A stretch of DNA of 64,000 nucleotides from Vicinamibacteria bacterium (GTDB taxonomy: Bacteria > Acidobacteriota > Vicinamibacteria > Marinacidobacterales > Marinacidobacteraceae), in assembly GCA_963555995.3 (NCBI GenBank), contig OY821641.1, positions 1,248,001 through 1,312,000 on the forward strand, given 5' to 3'. This document shows, piece after piece, positions 55,889 through 64,000 of this stretch. The notes below the pieces were generated by a model. It made no database searches and was not told where the DNA came from. It saw nothing but the letters and a program-made list of their open reading frames with translations. Position 1 is the stretch's first letter; each line of letters starts with the position of its first letter. The position numbers and the translations under genes were made by a program.

Positions 55889-57466
55889 ATGCCCCGCTCC
55901 GCGACATCTGGCGAACATCTCCTCGGCCACGCCTGGCTACACGTGGAGCTTGGCCTCCGCGTGCCGCCAGCGGCCACGGAAAGCTTCCTCGTCGCGGGCG
56001 CTCGCCGCACCGAGACCGACGGCGGGAGGACGTTCGAGTCCTATCCCCGGCCCTACGCCACCGACGGATCGGTTGTTTCGCACCTCCGCTTCGCGCTCCG
56101 TCACGAGCCTCTCGACCTCGGGGTCCTGACGGCCGCATTTCGCGAGATCGGGCCGGAAACCCTCGAGGATTGGGTGCGGGCGGAACCGTCAGGCGCCTTC
56201 AGTCGCCGCGCCTGGTTCCTCTATGAAACCCTGCTGGGACGGACGCTCGACGTTGAGAACGCACGGCTCGGCAACTATGTGGACGCTCTCGATCCCGGGA
56301 AGCACTTCGTAGCCGCGTCGCGCCGGTCGCGCCGGCACCGAGTCCACGACAATCTCCTCGGAGGCCCCGGTCTCTGTCCGACCGTCCGGCGGACCCGTCG
56401 ACTGGTCGAAGCGATGGAACAGGGGTTGGACGAAGAGGCCCGAACGCTCGTCGGGCGCTACGACCCGTCGGTCCTCGTCCGCGCCGTCAACTATCTCTAC
56501 ACGAAGGAAACGCGCTCGTCCTTCGCCATCGAGGGGGAGACGCCGAACGCGACCCGCACCGAGCGATTCGTCGCCGCCCTGCGGACGGCGCGCGACCGCG
56601 ACCCGACCGACAAGACGGCGCTCCTCGATCTGCAGGCGGGCATCGTGGACCCTCGCTACGCTGCGGCCGACTGGCGCGGCGTGCAGATCTTCGTCGGCTC
56701 GACCGTGAGCGGCTATCGCGATGAGGTGCACTTCATCGGCCCGCGTCCCGAGGACGTGCCGGACCTCATGGACGGATGGACGGAGCTCGCCGGTCGGCTG
56801 ACCGACGGCGAAGTGGACCCGGTGGTGGCGGCGGCCGCCTCGGCGTTCTCGTTCGTCTTCGTCCACCCGTTCGAGGACGGAAACGGCCGCATCCACCGCT
56901 GGCTTCTCCACCACACGCTGGCGAGCCGGGGTTACAGCCCGGACGGCGCCATCTTCCCGGTTTCCGCCGCGATCCTGCGCGACCGACGGGGTTACGACGC
57001 GGTGTTTGAGGGCTTCTCCCGGCCCCGTCTAGCACGCATCCAGTGGAGCTGGACGCCGGATCGGGAAATCCGGGTGGAGAGCGACACCGCCGACCTCTAC
57101 CGCTTCTTCGACGCGACTCCTTTCGCGGAATACCTGTACGACCGCATCGCCGACACGATCCGCCAGGATCTGCGCGATGAACTTGGCTTCGTGGCGGTAT
57201 TCACTCGCGCCACCGAGGCGGTGCGCGAGATCGTGGACATGCCGGATCAGCGTCTCTCACTGTTCGTCCGCCTGGTGATGCAGAACCAGGGGCGACTGGC
57301 GGCAGGGAAGCGCCGCCTCTTCGACGAACTCACCGACGCGGAGGTCGCGGCGATGGAGCGCGCCGTCGCCGCCGCGCGGGACAAGGAGGCCGGGGTGGAC
57401 GCGCCCTTCCCGTCGGTGGAGGGGCGCTGGCTCAACGGGAGCCCCCCGCCCCGCTCAGCCCGATGA
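55889..57466 (+). CDS. Fic-family protein (start uncertain; frame open from 55733)
   Basis: HPFEDGNGRIHR motif; KETRSSFAIEGE; RRAWFLYE. Confidence 0.88.
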   Translation: MPRSATSGEHLLGHAWLHVELGLRVPPAATESFLVAGARRTETDGGRTFESYPRPYATDGSVVSHLRFALRHEPLDLGVLTAAFREIGPETLEDWVRAEPSGAFSRRAWFLYETLLGRTLDVENARLGNYVDALDPGKHFVAASRRSRRHRVHDNLLGGPGLCPTVRRTRRLVEAMEQGLDEEARTLVGRYDPSVLVRAVNYLYTKETRSSFAIEGETPNATRTERFVAALRTARDRDPTDKTALLDLQAGIVDPRYAAADWRGVQIFVGSTVSGYRDEVHFIGPRPEDVPDLMDGWTELAGRLTDGEVDPVVAAAASAFSFVFVHPFEDGNGRIHRWLLHHTLASRGYSPDGAIFPVSAAILRDRRGYDAVFEGFSRPRLARIQWSWTPDREIRVESDTADLYRFFDATPFAEYLYDRIADTIRQDLRDELGFVAVFTRATEAVREIVDMPDQRLSLFVRLVMQNQGRLAAGKRRLFDELTDAEVAAMERAVAAARDKEAGVDAPFPSVEGRWLNGSPPPRSAR

Positions 57467-59537
57467 GGAAGGCGTAGATCTCGGCGGTCTCCTCGAGGCC
57501 CCGGTAGCGCCCCGAGCGGCCGCCGTGGCCGGCGTCGAGGTTGGTGCGCAGCAGGATCCGCGCGTCCGGATCGGTGTTCCGTTTGCGGAGGCGCTGGACC
57601 CACTTGGTGGGCTCCCAGAACTGGACCTGCGAGTCGTGGAGTCCGCTGGTGACGAGGACGTTGGGCAGGGGAGCTCTCGGGATGTTCTCGTAAGGGGCGT
57701 AGCCGGCGAGCAGTTCGAAGAACTCCTTCCGGTTGGGGTCGCCCCACTCGTCGTACTCGGCGGTGGTGAGGGGAATGTCCGGGTCGAGCATGGTGTTCAG
57801 CACGTCCACGAAGGGAACGATCGCCACCATGCCGGCGAAGAGTTCCGGCTCCTCGTTGAGGACCGCGCCCATCAGGAGCCCCCCGGCGCTCCCGCCCATG
57901 GCGAACATCCGGTGCGGATCGCACGTCCGGCGGTCTCGAAGATGGCGGGCGCAGGCGATGAAGTCGTGGAAGGTGTTGGTCTTCCGCTCCTGCCGGCCCG
58001 CCTCGTACCAGGCCCGGCCGAGTTCCTGGCCCCCGCGGATGTGGGCGACCGCGAAGCTGAAGCCCCGGTCGAGCAGGCTGGGACGCGCCCGGGAGAACGC
58101 GGGGTCCATCGAGATCCCGTAGGCGCCGTAGCCGTAGAGCAGGAGCGGCGACTCCGGCCCGGGCGGATGGTCGCGGTGGTGCACGAGCGAGATCGGGATC
58201 CGGGTCCCGTCCTCCGCCCGCGCCGCGAGGCGGCGCACCCGGTAGTCCGCCGAACGGAATCCGGGCACCCGCTCCCGCTTCAGCGTGCGGCGGCGACTGG
58301 TCGCGAGCGAGACCGCGAGGGTGGTGGGCGGCGTCTTCGGGGTGCTCACCACCACGCGCACTTCCTCTGCTCCGGGTTCCGGGTTGTCCTCCTCGTCGAG
58401 CGCCCGGATCGGCCCGGGCAGCGGCACGCGCCGGGTCTCGCCGCCGGTCCACTCCATCAGGCAAAGTTCCTGGCGCCCGGCGCGCCGCTCGAAGAGGGCC
58501 AGGTGGGTCTCGAAGAGTTCGAAGCCTTCGAGCTGGACGCCTTCGCGCGCCGGGACGAGATCCTCCCAGGAGGTCTCGTCGGCGGGCTCATCTTCGGGGG
58601 CGGTTACGAGCCGGAAGTCGGGAGCGCCGCGATTCGTGCGGATCAGGAAGCGGCCCCGGAAGTGATCGAGCTCGAACTCGTGGGGACCGCCGCGGGGAAC
58701 GATCCGGCGCGGCCCGGCCGTGGGGTCGTCGCTCGGAATCGCCCACGCCTCGGCGCGGTCCGTCTGCTCGCAGTGGAGCAGCACGAACTCGCGCGAACGG
58801 CTCTCGTGGGCGGCCACCCAGAAGGTCTCGTCGGTCTCCTCGTACACCAGGGCGTCCTGCTCGACGGGTTGTCCCAGGCGGTGCAGCATCACTTTCGACC
58901 AGCGCAGGGTCTCGGGATCGGGGCGGGTATAGAACACCGCGTCCCCGGCGGCGGCCCAGACGATGTTCGGCGCGGCGCCCGGGATCCGGTCCTTCAGGAC
59001 GTTTCCGGAGCGCGTGTCGAGAAAGCGGAGTTCGTAGAGGCGCCGCCCCACCGTGTCGGTCGCGAAGGCGAGGATCTCGTGGGCGGGCGAGATCTCGAGG
59101 GCGCCCATCGAGAAATAACCGTCGGCGGCGTCGCCGTGCGCCTCGCGGGCCAGTTGGTTCCCGTCCAGCAGGATTTCTTCCCGCCCGGCGCGACGGCGGC
59201 CCGTCGCGGCCCGCCGGCGGCAGAACACCGGGTACTCCTCGCCGCGGCGATAGCGCGAAAAATAGAGGAAGGGGCCGTGCCGGACCGGCGGCGAGGCGGT
59301 GTCCGGGACGATGCGGGACTTCATCTCTCCGAGCACCGCATCGCGGATGCCGGACCAGGGGGCGAGAGACCGCTCGGTCCAGGCGTTCTCGGCCTCCAGG
59401 TGGCGGAGCACTTCCGGGTCCTCGCGGTCCCGGATCCAGGCCCAGGGATCGGTCCAGCGCCGCCCGAACTTCTCGTAGGAGGCTGGACGGCGGGGCGCGC
59501 GCGGCGGCCCGGGAAGGGGAGCCCGGCTGGCGGTCAT
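57432..59537 (-). CDS. ptrB: Oligopeptidase B (S9A)
   Basis: DPWAWIRD, YGYGAYG, HIRGGQELG, GGSAGG, VPFVDV, EYDEWGDP, DSQVQFWEP, AGHGG. Confidence 0.9.
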   Translation of the reverse strand: MTASRAPLPGPPRAPRRPASYEKFGRRWTDPWAWIRDREDPEVLRHLEAENAWTERSLAPWSGIRDAVLGEMKSRIVPDTASPPVRHGPFLYFSRYRRGEEYPVFCRRRAATGRRRAGREEILLDGNQLAREAHGDAADGYFSMGALEISPAHEILAFATDTVGRRLYELRFLDTRSGNVLKDRIPGAAPNIVWAAAGDAVFYTRPDPETLRWSKVMLHRLGQPVEQDALVYEETDETFWVAAHESRSREFVLLHCEQTDRAEAWAIPSDDPTAGPRRIVPRGGPHEFELDHFRGRFLIRTNRGAPDFRLVTAPEDEPADETSWEDLVPAREGVQLEGFELFETHLALFERRAGRQELCLMEWTGGETRRVPLPGPIRALDEEDNPEPGAEEVRVVVSTPKTPPTTLAVSLATSRRRTLKRERVPGFRSADYRVRRLAARAEDGTRIPISLVHHRDHPPGPESPLLLYGYGAYGISMDPAFSRARPSLLDRGFSFAVAHIRGGQELGRAWYEAGRQERKTNTFHDFIACARHLRDRRTCDPHRMFAMGGSAGGLLMGAVLNEEPELFAGMVAIVPFVDVLNTMLDPDIPLTTAEYDEWGDPNRKEFFELLAGYAPYENIPRAPLPNVLVTSGLHDSQVQFWEPTKWVQRLRKRNTDPDARILLRTNLDAGHGGRSGRYRGLEETAEIYAFLIGLSGAGGSR

Positions 59538-59581
59538 GCGGTGCGAAGGCTAGCCGGAACCTCCGCCGCCGCCGTCCCCGA

Positions 59582-61999
59582 CTACGGATTCAGCAGCAGG
59601 CGGTGTTCCGTTACCGACTCCACCTTGGCGCGGGTGTAGGCGAGCGGGAAGTACTGGTTGCGGACCCAGAGTTCGAAGAGGTCGCGGTAGTGCGGGCTCA
59701 TCGGGTCGCCGGACTGGCCGGGGGTGCTGGTCGCGATCGAGTTGTCCCAGTTCGACGGGTCCAGGATGACGCGGAAGCTGCCCCCGGAGCGCTGGTTGTC
59801 GCCGCCCCCCGTGTTGTTCACCGTGGACTCGTAGCCGCCCCGCGGGTAGGGACCGACCTCGAGGAGCTGGCGGGTCTCCTCGTTCACCGCCTGCGCCATG
59901 TAGTGGGTGATGTGGACGTGTTTCATGGCCTCCTGTCCGTAGCGCCAGTTCGCCATGTCCGCGCCGAGACGGTCGGTGACGTCCTGAACTCCGTCGGCGA
60001 ACGCCTGCACCAGCAACGCGTCCCGCGCCGTGATCGGGTCGTCCCCGAACTGGCCGAGGGGCGCCATCAGGTGGTCGAGCATGCGCTTCTTGTTCACCCC
60101 CCGGACCAGTCCGCGGGCGGCCTCGGGAATGAAGAGCTCGCGCATCGCCTCGGAGACCCGCCGCTCGAAGTGGAGATAGATGGTGGCCGCGACCGAGTCC
60201 TTGTCCATGACGAAGTCCCAGTCGGCGAGGGCGGCCTTCGCCGCGCTCTGGGGCGGCTCCGCCTGCATCAGCAGCGGCACCAGGTTCCGGGCGACCACGC
60301 TGAGTTCGTCGTGCTGGTAGTCCATCATGTCCTGGACGGTGTGGCGCCGGCCGTTGCGCATCAGTTCGTCCACCCGGAGACCGCGCATCTCGTCGCCCCA
60401 GGTGAAGTGGAGCGCCTCGGGGTGGGGGTAATGGGATGCCACGGCGGGCGCCATCAGGTTGTTCGCGGTGCCCCAGAAGCCCTTTTCGGGGTTCTTGACG
60501 GCGGGCAGCGCCTTGATCGGCAGGTATCCCTGCCACTCGTAGCGGCCGTCGCCGGGGACGGGGACGAGTCCGCTCCAGTTCGCGTTCCGGATCGGGGAGA
60601 CGCCGACCGCCTGGTAGCCGATGTTCCCGTCCACGTCGCCCCAGATCATGTTCTCGGCGGGGATGCCGCTGTAGTTGCAGGCCTCCACGAACTCCTCCCA
60701 GGTCTGGGCCTGGTCCATCCGCAGGCTGGCGAGGTAGGGAGAGTTCCCGATCTCGAGCCAGGCGGCGCGGAGCGCGTAGGCCTTGTTGTTTTCGGTGTCC
60801 TCGTAGACCACCGGGCCGTGGCGCGTGTACTTGAGCGTCGCCTCGTGGTCCGCCGCCCCCTTGACCTCGATGGTCTCGGTGCGGACGGTCATGGACTCCC
60901 ACTCGCCGAGGTAGCGGTACTGGTTCGGGTTGGCGGGATTCGTGTCATAGACCATCAGGTCCTCGTTGTCCTGCCCGAAGACGGTCAGGCCCCAGCCGCC
61001 CTTCTCGTTGTGGCCGATGGAGAGGCCGGGGAGGACCGGCTCGCCGCCGCCGATGACGTCCCAGCCCGGCGCCTTCAGGTGCACGAAGTAGCGGAGCGAG
61101 GGCGCCACGATGGTGCGGTGCGGGTCGTTCACGATGAGCGGCAGCCCGGTCCAGGTCCGCTCGCCGTGCGCCACCCAGTTGTTCGAGCCGATGTGTTCCC
61201 CGAGATCCACCATCGTCAGTTCGGAGGGGATTTCCCGGAGGAGCGCCAGCCGTTCGGCGTCCCGGTTCCGGTATTCGGCGGCGATCTGTTCGGGCTGGAA
61301 CACCACCGGACCGCGGAACGCGCGGTAGATGTCGAGGATCTCGGGCTTGAGCAGCGATCCGTCGATCGCCGGATCGAGTTCGAGCTGGGGCACGCCCGGC
61401 CGGAACCAGTCGATCTCCATGAGCGTTTCGGCGCCCACGGCGGCGACCGCCATCCCGTAGTTGAGTTCCTGGTTCACGTTGGAGAGGAGCCCCTGGTGGC
61501 GGGAGATCACCACCTCCTCGGTCCAGGGCTCGGGAAGGATGCCGAGCAGGCGGAACTCGAGGGGCAGGGAGTCCGGGTCCTGCCGGCCGCGTTCCACGGC
61601 GGCGTTGATGCCGCGCACGAAGGCCGGGATGATCTGGTCCCCGCGCGGGTGGTACCACCGCATCTCCTCGCCCATGTCCTTGCGGAACATGTGGAGGCGG
61701 GTGCCGATGTCGCGCTGGAGCTCGGACGGGCCGAGGATGGCCGCCACGGTCCCGGTGGCCTGCCGCCGCCACATCTCGAACTGGAACAGGCGGCTCTCGG
61801 CGGCGCGGTAGCCCTGGACGAAGAAGAGGTCGTCCTCGTTCCCGGCGTAGATGTGGTCGAGTCCCCAGCGGTCGGTGAGGACCTCGACCGGGGCGCTCAG
61901 GCCGTCCACCTGGCGGGTTTCGTCCTGGGCCGCGGCCAGGGAGGCGAGAAGCGCGCCGGCGATCAGCAGCCGGAAAACGCGGACGGCGGGAAGACGCAT
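59582..61999 (-). CDS. Penicillin acylase family (Ntn hydrolase)
   Basis: DRWGLDHIYA, GSNNW, NDPH, IGHN, TRHGP, PGQSGDP..PHYRD. Confidence 0.92.
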   Translation of the reverse strand: MRLPAVRVFRLLIAGALLASLAAAQDETRQVDGLSAPVEVLTDRWGLDHIYAGNEDDLFFVQGYRAAESRLFQFEMWRRQATGTVAAILGPSELQRDIGTRLHMFRKDMGEEMRWYHPRGDQIIPAFVRGINAAVERGRQDPDSLPLEFRLLGILPEPWTEEVVISRHQGLLSNVNQELNYGMAVAAVGAETLMEIDWFRPGVPQLELDPAIDGSLLKPEILDIYRAFRGPVVFQPEQIAAEYRNRDAERLALLREIPSELTMVDLGEHIGSNNWVAHGERTWTGLPLIVNDPHRTIVAPSLRYFVHLKAPGWDVIGGGEPVLPGLSIGHNEKGGWGLTVFGQDNEDLMVYDTNPANPNQYRYLGEWESMTVRTETIEVKGAADHEATLKYTRHGPVVYEDTENNKAYALRAAWLEIGNSPYLASLRMDQAQTWEEFVEACNYSGIPAENMIWGDVDGNIGYQAVGVSPIRNANWSGLVPVPGDGRYEWQGYLPIKALPAVKNPEKGFWGTANNLMAPAVASHYPHPEALHFTWGDEMRGLRVDELMRNGRRHTVQDMMDYQHDELSVVARNLVPLLMQAEPPQSAAKAALADWDFVMDKDSVAATIYLHFERRVSEAMRELFIPEAARGLVRGVNKKRMLDHLMAPLGQFGDDPITARDALLVQAFADGVQDVTDRLGADMANWRYGQEAMKHVHITHYMAQAVNEETRQLLEVGPYPRGGYESTVNNTGGGDNQRSGGSFRVILDPSNWDNSIATSTPGQSGDPMSPHYRDLFELWVRNQYFPLAYTRAKVESVTEHRLLLNP

Positions 62000-62098
62000 G
62001 GCGTGACTCCTTGGGGTGGGTTTCGAGTGGAGCCGATGATACGGGAGAGCGCCATTTTTCCTGCCGGAACGGCCATCGTCGCTGATACCGTGCGGTCC

Positions 62099-63310
62099 AT
62101 GCCGGGGCGTTTCCGCCGTCTCCCCTCGCTCGGCAACCTCATGCTGCTCGGGATGGGCGTGGGCGTCGTCCTGGGCCTCGTCTTCGGGGAGGACGCGGCC
62201 CGCGCGGCCTTCCTCGGAGACATCTTCATCCGGCTGCTGACCCTGGTCGCGGTGCCGCTCGTCTTCTTCAACCTGATCTCGGCGCTTGCCTCCTCGGGCG
62301 CGTCCGGCGGGGTGAGCCGGCTGATGGTCCGCATCGGGACGTTCTTCCTGGTCACGACGGTGGCGGCGCAGGTGATTTCCCTCGTCGTGATCGGCCTCAT
62401 GCAGCCGGGCGCCGGGCTCGCGTCCGCCGCCGGGGCCGGCGGCGAGGGCCCGACCGCCACCCCCGGCTTCCAGGACTTCCTGTTCACCCTGGTGCCGGAC
62501 AACGCGCTCGGGATCTTCGTGGACGGCCGGGTCACGGCGGTGGTCGTGCTCGGGCTGATGGTCGGGTTCGCCGCCTGGGGTCTCGACGGGGAACGCCGGG
62601 CCGACGTGGTCCGGTTCTTTGCCTCCGGGACCGCGCTCCTCCGGCAGTTGGTCGCGGGCGTCCTCTGGTTCGGGCCGGTCGGCGTGGCGGCGCTCGCCGC
62701 CGCCAGCGTCGGTGAATACGGAAGCTCGGTCTTCGGCCCGCTGGGTGTGTATATTGCGGCCGTCTGGGTCGCGGACGCCGCGATCTTCGGCCTGTATTTC
62801 GCCGCCCTGCACTTCCTGGCGGCGACTTCCCCGCTGTCGTTCGTCCGGCGAACGGCGACCGTGTGGACGACCACGGTCTCCACCTGCAGCAGTCTCGCGA
62901 GCCTCGGCGCCTCGCTGAACGCCGCCGAGAAGATGGGGTTGCCCCGCTCGACCTATGCCCTCACCCTGCCGCTCGGCGCCCAGTTCAACAAGGACGGCAG
63001 CGCCGTCCTGCTGGCCGGGATCGTCCTGTTCACCGCCCAGGCGACCGGGGTGTCGTTCGGAGCGGGGGAACTGCTGCTGGTGATCGCCATGGGCGCCCTG
63101 TTTTCGGCCGCCGCTCCCGGAGTTCCGAACGGTGGACTCGTGAACCAGTTCCTGCTGCTCCGCGCCTTCGGCCTGCCGGTCGAGATCGGGGTGCTGGTGG
63201 CCGGCATCTATCGGCTCGTGGACATGCCCACCACGACGGCCAACATCATGGGTGACCTCGTGGGGACGATGGTCGTCACTGATCGGGAGGAATCTGTTGA
63301 CCCAGCCTGA
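62099..63310 (+). CDS. Dicarboxylate/amino acid:cation symporter (DAACS)
   Basis: FLGDIFIRLL, VPDN, STCSS, PLGAQFNKDG, DMPTTTANIMGD. Confidence 0.88.
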   Translation: MPGRFRRLPSLGNLMLLGMGVGVVLGLVFGEDAARAAFLGDIFIRLLTLVAVPLVFFNLISALASSGASGGVSRLMVRIGTFFLVTTVAAQVISLVVIGLMQPGAGLASAAGAGGEGPTATPGFQDFLFTLVPDNALGIFVDGRVTAVVVLGLMVGFAAWGLDGERRADVVRFFASGTALLRQLVAGVLWFGPVGVAALAAASVGEYGSSVFGPLGVYIAAVWVADAAIFGLYFAALHFLAATSPLSFVRRTATVWTTTVSTCSSLASLGASLNAAEKMGLPRSTYALTLPLGAQFNKDGSAVLLAGIVLFTAQATGVSFGAGELLLVIAMGALFSAAAPGVPNGGLVNQFLLLRAFGLPVEIGVLVAGIYRLVDMPTTTANIMGDLVGTMVVTDREESVDPA

Positions 63311-64000
63311 AACCGAATCCATCCGGGCGGCCCGCGCGCTCTTTCCGGGAGCGGCGCGGCGTCCCTATCTGAACGTCTCGGTGCGCAGCCTGCTTGCCCA
63401 GCCCGTCCGGGAGGCGTGCGACGTGTATCTCGACGGCGCCATGGAGGGAGGGCCCGCCAAGGAGACGCTCTTCCAGACCGTGGAACGGGGCCGCGGCCGT
63501 TTCGCCCGCTGGATCGGCGCGGAGCCCGACGAGGTGGCCTGGACCCGGAACGTGACCGACGGGATGAACCTCTTCCTGGGGTCGCTGGATTGGCGGCCCG
63601 GCGACGAGGTGGTCTATTGCCCGGACCTGGAGCATCCGGCGAACGTGCTGCCCTGGAGGAACCTCGCCCTGCGCCGGGGGGTGGGTCTGCGCGCGGTGCC
63701 CTCGACCGGCGGCCGGCTGCCCGCCGTGCGCATGGCGGAAGCGGTGGGTCCGCGCACCCGCGTCATCGCCGCCGCCACGGTGACCTATTCCCCGGGACTG
63801 ATCGCGGACCTGACGCCGCTCCGGGAGGCGCGGGACGCGCACGGCGCCGTGCTGGTCGTGGACGGTGCGCAGTCCGTGGGGGTGCTCCCGACCGACGTGG
63901 AGGCGATGGGGGCCGACGTGCTGGCGGTGGCCACCCAGAAGGCGCTCTGCGCGTTCTACGGCGCGGGGTTCCTCTACTGCCGGCGGGGGCTCGCCGAGGC
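63297..64000 (+). CDS. Class V PLP-dependent aminotransferase (runs off the window edge)
   Basis: TTG start after GGGAGG; TRNVTDG, EHPAN, VVDGAQSVG, ATQK (PLP lysine). Confidence 0.85.
   Translation, partial: MTQPETESIRAARALFPGAARRPYLNVSVRSLLAQPVREACDVYLDGAMEGGPAKETLFQTVERGRGRFARWIGAEPDEVAWTRNVTDGMNLFLGSLDWRPGDEVVYCPDLEHPANVLPWRNLALRRGVGLRAVPSTGGRLPAVRMAEAVGPRTRVIAAATVTYSPGLIADLTPLREARDAHGAVLVVDGAQSVGVLPTDVEAMGADVLAVATQKALCAFYGAGFLYCRRGLAE

Noticed and set aside
59582-63322. Apparent penicillin acylase/transporter giant ORFs on both strands
   Set aside because: Two divergent genes (starts 61999 and 62099) whose frames stay open through each other's antisense strand

Overview
GC-rich bacterial chromosomal window. 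Gene content and repeat style resemble Acidobacteria-like lineages, but this is inference only. The backbone is housekeeping and metabolic: tandem DUF507 genes, tRNA-Asp, a cryptic UGA-containing Rdx/SelW-like selenoprotein, mmsA-type aldehyde dehydrogenase, a TolC-CzcB-CzcA-type RND pump, groES-groEL, ilvD, panE, ddl, several peptidases/amidohydrolases and transporters. Between about 16.25 and 31.2 kb, ending at the 3' end of groEL, lies an integrase-free defence/toxin-antitoxin island. It carries TA pairs and remnants, an AbiEi plus AbiEii-WYL fusion, an MmeI-type Type IIL R-M enzyme and a CapW-type regulator divergent from a type III CBASS (CdnC-like cyclase, HORMA, Trip13, nuclease-SAVED effector). 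It also carries a RelE-like nuclease candidate followed by a possible structured RNA, and a SLATT-like membrane protein. Non-coding structure includes a dispersed GGAG-type REP hairpin family with a 144-bp tandem array, an 18-copy helically phased 16-bp repeat array, and several duplicated gene ends flanking accessory cassettes. All family assignments come from motif recognition by eye; no database searches were run.
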